NCBI GenBank assembly: GCA_963764715.1 | Contig: CAVXTP010000023.1 | Location: 1-64,000 of the forward strand | From: an uncultured Acidobacteriota bacterium | GTDB taxonomy: Bacteria; Acidobacteriota; Thermoanaerobaculia; UBA5066; Gp7-AA6 | Reading direction: 5' to 3' | Length of the DNA: 64,000 nt | Part shown: in pieces, positions 51,298-60,458 of the stretch | Numbering within the stretch: position 1 is the stretch's first letter | Layout of the letters: every line of letters starts with the position of its first letter | The notes under the pieces: model-generated | Seen by the model: only the letters and a program-made list of their open reading frames with translations | Databases searched by the model: none | What the model was told of the DNA's origin: nothing | Made by a program: the position numbers and the translations under genes

Positions 51298-54200
51298 ATG
51301 CGTCGAGTGTGGATCATCCTCCTGGCTCTTCTCCCGGCGCTCGGGGCGGCGGTGGCGCAGCCGATCGACCCCGCGCTCTACGGCGACCTGCGGTGGCGCC
51401 TCATCGGGCCGTTCCGGGGCGGCTGGTCGCTCGTCGCCGAGGGCATACCGGACGACCCGGCCACGTACTACTTCGGCGCGGCGGCCGGCGGCGTCTGGAA
51501 GACGGAGGACGCGGGCCGGACCTGGTCGCCGATCTTCGACCGGGCCGGGGCGGCGTCGGTCGGGGCGCTCGCGATCGCGCCGTCGAACCCGAAGGTGATC
51601 TACGTCGGAACGGGCCAGATCCAGGCGCGCTACGACATCGCGTCCGGCGACGGGATGTACCGGTCCGATGACGGCGGGGCCACCTGGCGCCGGATCGGCC
51701 TGAATGACTCGCGGGCGATCGGGCGGATCCTGATCGACCCGAAGAATCCGGACGTCGCGCTCGTCGCAGCGCTCGGCCACATGTTCGGCCCCAACCGGGA
51801 GCGCGGGCTCTTCCGGACCGAGGACGGCGGCCGGACCTGGAGCCCGGTTCTCTTCGTCGACGAGAACACGGGCGGCGCCGATCTCGCCGCCGATCCGGAG
51901 AACCCCGCGATCCTGTACGCCTCGCTGTGGCAGGCCCGCAACTATCCCTGGCTCTCCTACTTCCAGCCGATGGTCGGGCCGGGGAGCGCCCTCTACAAGT
52001 CGACCGACGGAGGGCGCACGTGGGCGCGCCTGTCCGGAGGCGGCTGGCCGTCGACGCCGATCGGCCGCGTCGGCCTCGCCGCGTCGCCGGGGGGCCGGGT
52101 CTGGGCGCTCGTCGACGCGGCGGACGAATCTCCGGGCACCCCCTCGAGGGTGGCGGGCCTCTGGCGCTCCGACGACCGCGGCGCGACGTGGGCGCGGGTC
52201 AACGGGACGCCCGGGCTCGCATCGAGCTACATGAACCGCCTCACGGCCGATCCGCGGGCGCGCGACGTCGTGTACGTGACGGGCCAGTCGATCCGGCGGT
52301 CACGCGACGGCGGGGCGACGCTCGAGTTCTTTCGCGGCGGGCCGGGCGGCGACGACTACCACTTCCTCTGGATCAATCCGAAGCAGCCGGAGTGCATGGT
52401 GACGGCGGCGGACCAGGGAACGATCGTCACCGTGAACGGCGGGAAGAGCTGGAGCGACTGGTACAACCAGCCGACCGGGCAGTTCTACCACGTCGAAGCC
52501 GACGACCGGTTCCCGTACTGGATCTACAGCGGCCAGCAGGATTCCGGCACGGCGGGCGCCGCGACGCGGAGCGATTTCGGTCAGCTCACGTTCCGCGACT
52601 GGCATCCGGTGGGCGGCGAGGAGCGCGGCTGGGACGTCCCCGACCCGCGCGATCCCGAGATCGTCTTCGGGACCGGACTCGGCGGCACGATCACCCGGTT
52701 CGACACCCGCACGGGCCAGGTGCGCAACGTCTCGCCCGCGGCCGAGAGCACGTACGGCCGGCGTCCCGTGCCCGGCCTGTATCGCTGGTCCTGGGTGTTT
52801 CCGATCGCGATCGCGAAGACGCCGCCCCACCCGCTCTATGCCGGCGCGCAGTACCTCCTGCGCTCGCTCGACGACGGCTCGAGCTGGGAGAAGGTGAGCC
52901 CGGACCTCTCGGGCGCCGTCGCCGGGACGAAGGGCTGCGAGGGCCAGGTCACCCTCGAGAACGCCGGGCCGTGCGGGTTCGGCGTCATTTTCACGATCGA
53001 GATCTCGCCGCGCGACGCGCAGGAGATCTGGGTCGGCACCGACGACGGCCTGATCCAGCGCACGAAGGACGGCGGGCGGACGTGGAAGAACGTCACGCCG
53101 AAGGGACTTCCCGCCTGGAGCAAGATCTCGACGCTCGACGTCTCGCCGCTCGAGCCCGACGTCGTCTACGCCGCGGTCGACGCGCACCGCCGCGACGACT
53201 TCACGCCCCACGTCTACCGCACGCGAGACGGCGGCGAGAGCTGGCAGGAGATCTCCTCGGGCCTGCCGACGCCCGGTTTCGCGATGGTCGTGCGGGCGGA
53301 CACCGTGCGCCGCGGCCTCCTCTACGCCGGCACCGACACGGGCGCCTTCGTCTCCTTCGACGATGGCGATCACTGGCAGTCGCTCCGGCAGAATCTGCCG
53401 ACCTGCTGGATCGGCGACCTCCAGGTGCACGGCGCCGATCTCGTCGTCGCCACGCAGGGCCGGGGGCTCTGGGTCGCCGACGACGTGACTCCGCTTCGGC
53501 AGCTGACGCCGGCGGCGGCGAAGGCGCCCGCGACGCTCGTCGCCCCGGCCGCCGCGGTGCGCGTTCGCCACAACGAGAACCGCGACACGCCGCTGCCGCC
53601 CGAGACCCCGTTCGCGCGCAATCCGCCGCCGGGGGCCGTGATCGACTACGTCCTCGGCCAGCCCGCGAACAGCGTCCGGATCGAGGTCCTCGACGAGAAG
53701 GGCGGGACGGTGCGGGCCTGGGCGAGCGGCGATCCGCCCGAGAAGGTCGAGGCGCGGCGGTACTTCACCGACCTCTACATCCATCCCCCGGCGCCGCCGT
53801 CCACGGAGGCCGGCCATCACCGCTTCGTCTGGGACCTGCGGTACCCGCGGCCGAGGTCGGACCGGTACGACTACATGATCTCGGCCATCGCCGGCGAGGA
53901 CACGCCGGTCGCTCCGCGGGGACCGCTCGCCGTGCCCGGCCGCTACACGGTGCGGCTGACCGTCGACGGAGCGACGCAGGAGCAGCCGCTCGTCGTGACG
54001 CCGGACCCGCGCGTGAAGGCCGCGCCGGAAGTCCTCGCGGAGCGACTCGCCTTCGAGAGGAACGTCGTCGCCGCGATGGGCGAGTCCTACGACGCGCTCG
54101 CGCGCGTGCGGGCACTCCGCAAGAAGCTCTCCGGGAAGACCGCCGAGCGGGCCCGGGTCCTGGAAGCGGGGAAGCCTCCGTCGACGGGCCTGGCGGGCGT

Positions 54201-54423
54201 CAACGCGCTGCTCACGACCCTCCTCGAGGGAGTCGACGGCTCCGACGATGCGCCGACCTCCACCCAGAAAGAGGCCTATGCCCGGACCCGGGCCAGCCTC
54301 GACCGCCTGCTTTCGGAGTGGAAGGGCCTCGAGGCCGAGGCCCGGGCGCGCGGCATCGCCGTCAACGAAATCGACCTCGATGCGCCGGATTCCACGGAGC
54401 GCGCCGGCGTCGAGATCGAATAG
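51298..54423 (+). CDS. Exported VPS10/BNR-repeat glycosyl hydrolase-like protein
   Basis: Signal peptide; WRLIGPFRGG and many SxDGGxTW Asp-box repeats; C-terminal NPP...WDLRY...VPGRYTVRL and helical tail. Confidence 0.9.
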   Translation: MRRVWIILLALLPALGAAVAQPIDPALYGDLRWRLIGPFRGGWSLVAEGIPDDPATYYFGAAAGGVWKTEDAGRTWSPIFDRAGAASVGALAIAPSNPKVIYVGTGQIQARYDIASGDGMYRSDDGGATWRRIGLNDSRAIGRILIDPKNPDVALVAALGHMFGPNRERGLFRTEDGGRTWSPVLFVDENTGGADLAADPENPAILYASLWQARNYPWLSYFQPMVGPGSALYKSTDGGRTWARLSGGGWPSTPIGRVGLAASPGGRVWALVDAADESPGTPSRVAGLWRSDDRGATWARVNGTPGLASSYMNRLTADPRARDVVYVTGQSIRRSRDGGATLEFFRGGPGGDDYHFLWINPKQPECMVTAADQGTIVTVNGGKSWSDWYNQPTGQFYHVEADDRFPYWIYSGQQDSGTAGAATRSDFGQLTFRDWHPVGGEERGWDVPDPRDPEIVFGTGLGGTITRFDTRTGQVRNVSPAAESTYGRRPVPGLYRWSWVFPIAIAKTPPHPLYAGAQYLLRSLDDGSSWEKVSPDLSGAVAGTKGCEGQVTLENAGPCGFGVIFTIEISPRDAQEIWVGTDDGLIQRTKDGGRTWKNVTPKGLPAWSKISTLDVSPLEPDVVYAAVDAHRRDDFTPHVYRTRDGGESWQEISSGLPTPGFAMVVRADTVRRGLLYAGTDTGAFVSFDDGDHWQSLRQNLPTCWIGDLQVHGADLVVATQGRGLWVADDVTPLRQLTPAAAKAPATLVAPAAAVRVRHNENRDTPLPPETPFARNPPPGAVIDYVLGQPANSVRIEVLDEKGGTVRAWASGDPPEKVEARRYFTDLYIHPPAPPSTEAGHHRFVWDLRYPRPRSDRYDYMISAIAGEDTPVAPRGPLAVPGRYTVRLTVDGATQEQPLVVTPDPRVKAAPEVLAERLAFERNVVAAMGESYDALARVRALRKKLSGKTAERARVLEAGKPPSTGLAGVNALLTTLLEGVDGSDDAPTSTQKEAYARTRASLDRLLSEWKGLEAEARARGIAVNEIDLDAPDSTERAGVEIE

Positions 54424-54479
54424 GGGTCAGGTCTTCATTTTTCGGTTTTTTCTTGGTCCGAAATTTGACGACTGACCCC
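54423..54479. repeat. AT-cored inverted repeat element GGGGTCAG...CTGACCCC
   Basis: Arms GGGGTCAGGTCTTCATTTTTCGG and (reverse complement) GGGGTCAGTCGTCAAATTTCGG; abuts the stop codon; far lower GC than its context. Confidence 0.6.
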
Positions 54480-54522
54480 CAACTTTCCGGGCGTTTCTCC
54501 GTAGGACCCGTCGAGGCGATCG

Positions 54523-56103
54523 ATGGCGACTCGCAAGGTCCCGGGATGGATCCGCAAGTGCGACGAGGACGACGCCCTCGGCCGCCACCTGCCGGTCCCG
54601 ACGCGCATCGTCTCCAACGAGGAATACGACCCGCCCGCCCAGACGCCGGAGCAGAAGCGCGTCGAGCGCATTCTCCTCGCGATGGCCGAGACCCACGGCG
54701 GCCGCCTCGGCATGGGGCGGCGCGAGTTTCTCCGGACCTCCTGCGGCATGGCCGCGGCGTTTGCCGCGATGAACGCGGTCTTCGGCCCGTTCTTCCGGGT
54801 CGACGCGGCGGAGCTGACCGAGCCCCTCGCCGGCGACACGACGCGGTACTTCGTCTTCGACGTCCAGACGCACCACGTCGATCCGCGCCGCAACGCGCCG
54901 ACGCCCGACCAGGAATTCCTCGACTACCTCGTCGCGGTCCGCGAATACGGCGGGAAGCTCAACCCGAAGCTCGCCGGGCACGAGGCCTCGATCGAGGAGC
55001 TGTACCGGCTCAATTTCATCAAGGAGGTCTTCCTCGACAGCGAGACCGCGGTCGCCGTCGTCAGCGGACTGCCGCAGATGACGCGCGAGACCTACATCAT
55101 CCGTCCCGAGGAGATCGTCCGGACGCGCGAGGCCGTCAACATGCTCACCGGCTCCCGCCGCGTCGTCGCGCACGGGACGATGTCGCCGGAGCTCGGGACG
55201 ATGGGCCTCGACGCCATGCGGGCGCAGGCCGAGAAGCTGAAGGTCGAAGCCTGGAAGGGATACCCGGGACAGCCCCTCGGACCGAAGGGCGAAGGCTGGT
55301 GGATGGACGATCCGAAGGTCGGCTACAAGGCCCTCGAGCTCTCGAAGACGCTCGGGATCCGCAACATCTGCGCGCACAAGGGGCTGCCCGCTCCCGGATT
55401 CTCGGCCGAGCACTGCCACCCGAAGGACATCATGCAGGCGGCGCTCGATTTTCCCGAGCTGAACTTCCTCGTTTACCACGCCGGGTTCCGCGGGATCGAC
55501 GAGACGCTGGTCAAGGCGGTCGAGTCCGGCTTCACGACGTCGTCCGCGGTGCCGTGGGTGACGGAGCTCTGCGAGTGGAAGAAGAAGCACCCGCGGGTCT
55601 CGAACGTCTACATGGAGCTCGGCGCGACGTTCGGCATGACCGCGATCACGATGCCGCTCTTGACCGCGCACATGCTCGGCATGATGATCGCGGCCTTCGG
55701 CGCCGACCACGTTCTCTGGGGCACGGACTCGATCTGGTGGGGTTCCCCGCAGTGGCAGATCGAGGCGTTCAAGCGCCTCGAGATGCCGGAGACGCTGGCG
55801 AAGCGCTTCGGCTACGCGCCCCTGACGCCCGAAGTGAAGCGCAAGATCCTGGGTCTCAACGCGGCGCGCGTCTACGGCATCGACCCGGCGACGCGGATCG
55901 AGCCGATGCCGGCGGACTCGATCGACCGGCTCAAGAAGCTCTACGCGGAGTCGGGCCTCGCGGCGCCGAGCAACACGCAGTACGGATGGGTGCGGGCGGG
56001 CGGGTCGGGGGAGTGGCCTGCCCGGGCGAGATTCGAACCGCCGACCTACGGCTTAGAAGGCCGTTGCTCTATCCGGGCTGAGCTACGGGCAGACGGCGTT
56101 TGA
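54523..56103 (+). CDS. Amidohydrolase family (Amidohydro_2-like) protein; 3' end overlaps the tRNA
   Basis: DVQTHH, AWKGY, CAHKG, YHAG, WGTDSIW and KILGLNAARVY. Homology appears to end at SNTQYGWV (~55992). Confidence 0.87.
   Translation: MATRKVPGWIRKCDEDDALGRHLPVPTRIVSNEEYDPPAQTPEQKRVERILLAMAETHGGRLGMGRREFLRTSCGMAAAFAAMNAVFGPFFRVDAAELTEPLAGDTTRYFVFDVQTHHVDPRRNAPTPDQEFLDYLVAVREYGGKLNPKLAGHEASIEELYRLNFIKEVFLDSETAVAVVSGLPQMTRETYIIRPEEIVRTREAVNMLTGSRRVVAHGTMSPELGTMGLDAMRAQAEKLKVEAWKGYPGQPLGPKGEGWWMDDPKVGYKALELSKTLGIRNICAHKGLPAPGFSAEHCHPKDIMQAALDFPELNFLVYHAGFRGIDETLVKAVESGFTTSSAVPWVTELCEWKKKHPRVSNVYMELGATFGMTAITMPLLTAHMLGMMIAAFGADHVLWGTDSIWWGSPQWQIEAFKRLEMPETLAKRFGYAPLTPEVKRKILGLNAARVYGIDPATRIEPMPADSIDRLKKLYAESGLAAPSNTQYGWVRAGGSGEWPARARFEPPTYGLEGRCSIRAELRADGV
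56014..56092 (-). tRNA. tRNA-Arg (anticodon UCU)
   Basis: Acceptor CTGCCCG/CGGGCAG, D arm GCTC/GAGC, anticodon stem ACGGC-CT TCT AA-GCCGT, GTTCGAAT T loop and encoded CCA; one extra base in the T stem. CATAAT -10 at 56103-56108. Confidence 0.92.
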
Positions 56104-56380
56104 TTATGAGCCAGACCGGCTGAGCGACCCTCAGGTTACCGCCGGCCTGCGGCCGGCGTTGCCTGCTGCCGGGGGTCTGCCTCCGGTGGTCGGCTCGCTC
56201 CATCCGAACTGAAATCCCTCGCCGGCCGCTTCGGGCGCTCGGTCCGGGGTTGCTCGCGCTCGAGCTGCCGAAGGACGAGCGGACCTTCTTTCACAACGGG
56301 ATCGTCTTCGCCGCTCTCGACGCTTACAACGATCCCGTTCGGAATCCGACGCTGACGCTGTCGGCCGACGACGTCCCTCC

Positions 56381-56809
56381 CTAGCCCCGGCGCAGGTGCG
56401 CGTAGAGCGAGTCGTAGAGGAATGCGGCCCGCTCGAGGATGTCCGGGTCGTCGGCGCCGACGTCGGTGAAGCCCTGGCTGATGGCCCAGAGGCCGGCCGA
56501 CTCCGGCGTGGCCGAAATCTCCTGCGGGAAGTCGGCGCCGTGGACGATCCGCGCGAGGCGCGCGAGCGCGGGATCCGTCGGCAGCCTCTCGTCGACGAGC
56601 CGCTCGAACGAGCAGCGTCCGCGCTCGTCCCGGTGCGGGTAGCGCGCGCCCGGCGCGTCGAAACCGATCGCTCCGTCGCGCTCCTGGACTGCCGCGACCT
56701 CTTCCGGCTCGACGAAGACGATGTCGGCGGCCGGATCCAGAAATCTCCGGATCAGCCAGCCGGTCGCGGTGCGGTTGACGTGGATCCTCCGGCGGGTCAC
56801 CCATCGCAT
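56381..56809 (-). CDS. Chromate resistance ChrB C-terminal-domain-like protein
   Basis: MRWVTRRRIHVNRTATGWLIRRFLDP, FDAPGA, CSFE, IVHGAD, PESAGL and YDSLY. Confidence 0.85.
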   Translation of the reverse strand: MRWVTRRRIHVNRTATGWLIRRFLDPAADIVFVEPEEVAAVQERDGAIGFDAPGARYPHRDERGRCSFERLVDERLPTDPALARLARIVHGADFPQEISATPESAGLWAISQGFTDVGADDPDILERAAFLYDSLYAHLRRG

Positions 56810-57978
56810 ACGGCTTCCTCCGAGGCCGGCGCGCCGGCCGGCAGGAAAAGGATCGCCCAGAGAGTTCCGGCCACGCCGAGGGCGCCGGCCGCGACGAAGG
56901 TCAGGGTCGGCCGGACGGTCCACAGCGCCCCGCCGGCCGCGGCCGCGCCCGCCACGGCAAATCCCCGGATCGCGTAGTACGTCCCGACCGTGCGCCCCCG
57001 GGCGGACGGGTCGGCGAGGTCCACGATGAGCGCCTTGCGCGCCGGCTCGCCGATCTCGCGCAGCCCCCCGAGCGCAAACGCGGCGGCGAGCGTGGCGAAC
57101 GACCGCGAGGCGAGCACCGCGAGCGGAAAGAGCGTGAAGAAGACGTAGGTCAGGACGACGAACGGTTTCTTCTCGGCCCGTCCCGCGAGCGCCGCCGCCG
57201 GAACGTAGGACGCGATCGCGGTCGCCATCAGGATCGAGGTCAGGAGGCCGAACTGCGCCGGCGAGACGTGGACGATCTCGAGCGCCCAGACGACGAGGAA
57301 GACCTCCGGGAGCCCCTCGCAGAGACGGATCAGGCAGTCGGCGACGAGGAGCTGGCGGAGCGGCCGCGGAATCGCGGCGCCGCGCGCGGAGCCCGCGGCC
57401 GGTTGGACCGCCGCGCGCGGGGACGGCCGCAGGGCGCGCGCGAGAAACGCGAGCATCGCCAGGGAGAGCACGATCGAGACGGCGATCCCGACGCGCATCC
57501 CGGAGACGATCCCCATGCGCTCGAGCAGCAGGCCCCCGATCGGCGGAGCGAGGACGATCGGCACGCGCTTCAGGACGGACTGCACGGTGAACCCGACGAC
57601 CCGGCCGCGACCCTCGAGCTCTTCGCCCACGAGGGAGAAGGTTGCCGGAAGTCCGAGCGAGGCCCACGCCATGACCAGCGCGAGCCCGGCGAAGACCCCG
57701 GCCGGCGACGGGAAGACCCAGAGGACGACGAAACCGGCCGTCGTGAGACCTCCGAAGAGCAGAAGGGCGCGGCGAGTGCCGAGCCGGTCGGAGATCGCCC
57801 CGCCCGGGAAGGCGTAGGCCGCGTCGAGGAGGTCCTTGAACGTTCCGAAGAGTCCCAGCCCGACGGCCGAGACGCCCAGGACGCGCAGGTACGCCGGGAG
57901 GTAGCGAAACCAGAGCTCTTCGCCGAATCCGAACACGAAAAGCGCGACGGCGAGCGCCGTCGCTCGGCGCGCGGCCAT
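56797..57978 (-). CDS. MFS transporter
   Basis: GGAISDRLGTRR motif A and about 12 TMs; overlaps the downstream ChrB-like gene. Confidence 0.88.
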   Translation of the reverse strand: MAARRATALAVALFVFGFGEELWFRYLPAYLRVLGVSAVGLGLFGTFKDLLDAAYAFPGGAISDRLGTRRALLLFGGLTTAGFVVLWVFPSPAGVFAGLALVMAWASLGLPATFSLVGEELEGRGRVVGFTVQSVLKRVPIVLAPPIGGLLLERMGIVSGMRVGIAVSIVLSLAMLAFLARALRPSPRAAVQPAAGSARGAAIPRPLRQLLVADCLIRLCEGLPEVFLVVWALEIVHVSPAQFGLLTSILMATAIASYVPAAALAGRAEKKPFVVLTYVFFTLFPLAVLASRSFATLAAAFALGGLREIGEPARKALIVDLADPSARGRTVGTYYAIRGFAVAGAAAAGGALWTVRPTLTFVAAGALGVAGTLWAILFLPAGAPASEEAVCDG

Positions 57979-58110
57979 GGACGGCAATCTATCAGCGGGC
58001 CGCGCCCCGAGGTCTCGGGGGAGGGCAGTCCGTGTCATGATCGCCGCAATGTCCCTGCCGCACCAACGGAACCGGGCGCTCCGGGCCCCCTGGACGGCTT
58101 CGATCTTCGC

Positions 58111-60360
58111 GTGACGACCGGACCCGCGACCACCTCCGCCTGGCGGGCCGCACTCCATCGCATTCCCGCCGCCATCGTGCGCTACCGGTGGCCGATCGTC
58201 GGCGCCTGGGTCGTCGTCGCGGTCGTCCTCCTGCCGGCGGCCCGCCACATCGAGGACCGCCTCGAGGTCGCGGCGCGCATGCCGTCGCGCCAGGCCCAGG
58301 CGGTCCGCGACGAGCTCGAGGTCCGGTTCCGCTCGCCCTTCACGGACCGGGTGCTCCTCGTGGCCGAGGGTCTTCCGGGGCCCCACGCGCCGGGGGGACG
58401 GCGCGTGCTCGAGCAGATCGTCGGCGCCATCCGCAACCTCCCGGGCGTCGCGGGGACGCTGTCCGCGCTCGACACCAACAACCCGGTTTTCGTCGGCCAG
58501 AAGGGCGGCGTGCTCGTGGTCGTCGGTCTCGAGTCCGGGGACGCGCCCGTCGAATCGCTGCTGCCGCGCCTGCGCGAGAGGACCGCGCAGCTCGAGACCG
58601 AGCTGCGGCGCACCTACCCCGGGGCATGGCTGGGCTGGACCGGCGAAGCCCCGCTGAACGTCGACCTGCGCCGTGCGAGCGCGGCGGACGCGCGGCGCGC
58701 CGAGGCGCGGGTATTGCCGCTGACCCTCCTTCTCCTCCTGTTCGCGTTCGGGACGGTCGTCGCCTCGATCCTGCCGCTCTCGATCGGCATCCTCTCGATC
58801 GCGCTCTCCCTCGGCGTCGCCTCGTGGCTCGCGCACTTCTTCACGATCTCGATCCTGATCCAGACGCTGGCGTCGATGATCGGCCTGGGCCTCGGGATCG
58901 ACTACGCGCTCCTGATGGTCAGCCGTTTCCGGGAGGCGCTGGGAACGGGGATGGCGACGGCCGCCGCGGCCGAGGAGGCCGCCCGCAAGGCCGGCTGGAC
59001 GATCTTCCTCTCGGCCTTCCCCGTCTCGATCAGCTTCGGCGCGCTGATGATGATCCCGCTCTCGGAGCAGCGCTCGATCGGCGTCGCCGGCCTCCTCGTG
59101 ACGCTCTTCGCCTGGGCCCTGTCGGTGACGCTCCTGCCGGCGGTCCTGTCGCTGCTCGGTCCGCACATCGACCGGCTGCGCGTCCGTCCGGAGCGGCCGG
59201 GCGCCGCGGCGGCCGGGTCCGCGGGATGGCGCCGGTGGGGACGGCGCGTGACGTCGCGCCCCGTGCTCGCGCTCTGCGTGACGACGGCGCCCCTCCTCGT
59301 GCTCGCCCTGCAGGGGCGGCGCATCGACACGACCATGCCGCGCGGCGACTGGCTTCCCCGCGGGACCGAGGCCGTCGAGGCGTATCACCGGCTGGGGGCC
59401 ATGGGCCGGGCGAACATCGTCCACTCGATCCGCGTCATCCTCGATTTCCCGGCGGGCGTGACGCTCGAGAGCGACGCCGGCTGGGCGGCGGCCACGCGGC
59501 TCCACGAGAAGCTGACCGCCCAGAGCGGAGCGGAGCGCGTCGAGAGCCTGCCCGGGGTCCTGAAGGGGCGCGACCCGTCGTACCTCGCGGCGCTCTCGCC
59601 CGGGATCCGGCGCTCGCTCGCCGCCCAGGACGGCACCGCGGCCCTCCTCGAGGTGATCCCCTCGACGAAACTGACGCCGGCCGACCAGGTTTCGTTCGCG
59701 CGCGAGATCCGGACGTGGAACGCCGAGCGGGTGACGGGGCTCCGCGGCGCCGTGATGCGCGTCGGAGGACAGCCGGCCTTCGACGCCGACTACGAGGACA
59801 CGGTCGCGGAGCATTTCCGGATGGTCGTCGGGCTGGTGATCGGCTGCACGTTCGTGGCGCTCTTCGCCGGCTTCCGGTCCCTGATGATCGCCGTCAAGGC
59901 CGTGCTGCTGAACCTCCTGTCGGTCGGCGCGGCGTTCGGCGCCCTCGTCCTGGTCTTCCAGGACGGCTACGGAGCCGGGATCTTCGGCCTGTCCGAGCCG
60001 ACCGGGAGCGTCTTCCCGATCATCCCGGTCATCGTCTTCTGCATCGTCTTCGGCCTGTCGATGGACTACGAGGTCATCCTGGTCGCCCGCATCGCCGAGG
60101 CGCGGCGGTCGGGCTTCGCCGAGTCGCCCGCCATCGCCGAGGGCCTCGCCCGCAGCGCCACCGTCATCACCAACGCCGCCGCGATCATGATCGTGGTCTT
60201 CGCCGGCTTCACCCTCGGCGACTTCCTCCCGATCAAGATGCTCGGCTTCGCGCTGTCGGTCGCCGTCCTGGTCGACGCGGTCGCGGTCCGCATGGTCATC
60301 GGTCCCGCGCTCCTGCGTCTGGCCGGCCGCTGGAACTGGTGGCCGGGGGGACTGCGCTGA
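58111..60360 (+). CDS. MMPL family RND transporter
   Basis: GLGIDYALLMVSRFRE, FGLSMDYEV and VITNAAAIM; C-terminal GRWNWW. Start approximate (GTG 58111). Confidence 0.9.
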   Translation: MTTGPATTSAWRAALHRIPAAIVRYRWPIVGAWVVVAVVLLPAARHIEDRLEVAARMPSRQAQAVRDELEVRFRSPFTDRVLLVAEGLPGPHAPGGRRVLEQIVGAIRNLPGVAGTLSALDTNNPVFVGQKGGVLVVVGLESGDAPVESLLPRLRERTAQLETELRRTYPGAWLGWTGEAPLNVDLRRASAADARRAEARVLPLTLLLLLFAFGTVVASILPLSIGILSIALSLGVASWLAHFFTISILIQTLASMIGLGLGIDYALLMVSRFREALGTGMATAAAAEEAARKAGWTIFLSAFPVSISFGALMMIPLSEQRSIGVAGLLVTLFAWALSVTLLPAVLSLLGPHIDRLRVRPERPGAAAAGSAGWRRWGRRVTSRPVLALCVTTAPLLVLALQGRRIDTTMPRGDWLPRGTEAVEAYHRLGAMGRANIVHSIRVILDFPAGVTLESDAGWAAATRLHEKLTAQSGAERVESLPGVLKGRDPSYLAALSPGIRRSLAAQDGTAALLEVIPSTKLTPADQVSFAREIRTWNAERVTGLRGAVMRVGGQPAFDADYEDTVAEHFRMVVGLVIGCTFVALFAGFRSLMIAVKAVLLNLLSVGAAFGALVLVFQDGYGAGIFGLSEPTGSVFPIIPVIVFCIVFGLSMDYEVILVARIAEARRSGFAESPAIAEGLARSATVITNAAAIMIVVFAGFTLGDFLPIKMLGFALSVAVLVDAVAVRMVIGPALLRLAGRWNWWPGGLR

Positions 60361-60458
60361 CCGCCGCTTCCTGAAACTCGGGCTGTCCCCGCGCGGGCGC
60401 GCGTTTTGCTGCCAGAATGGACACGCCCGCCTGAGGGCGCAACATTCGGGAGGTTCCT

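Noticed and set aside
56014-56092. Genomic island integrated at tRNA-Arg
   Set aside because: There is no integrase nearby, I noticed no duplicated tRNA 3' end in the window, and the flanking genes have host-like composition.
56106-56160. Possible selenoprotein (ATG-SQTG-TGA followed by a hairpin, in frame with a downstream open stretch)
   Set aside because: The ATG coincides with the tRNA -10 box (CATAAT on the minus strand). There is no RBS or redox motif, and the following residues are not protein-like.
56381-57978. Complete chromate resistance operon
   Set aside because: No ChrA transporter is present. Only a ChrB-C-like domain and an MFS are present, so the function is not assignable.
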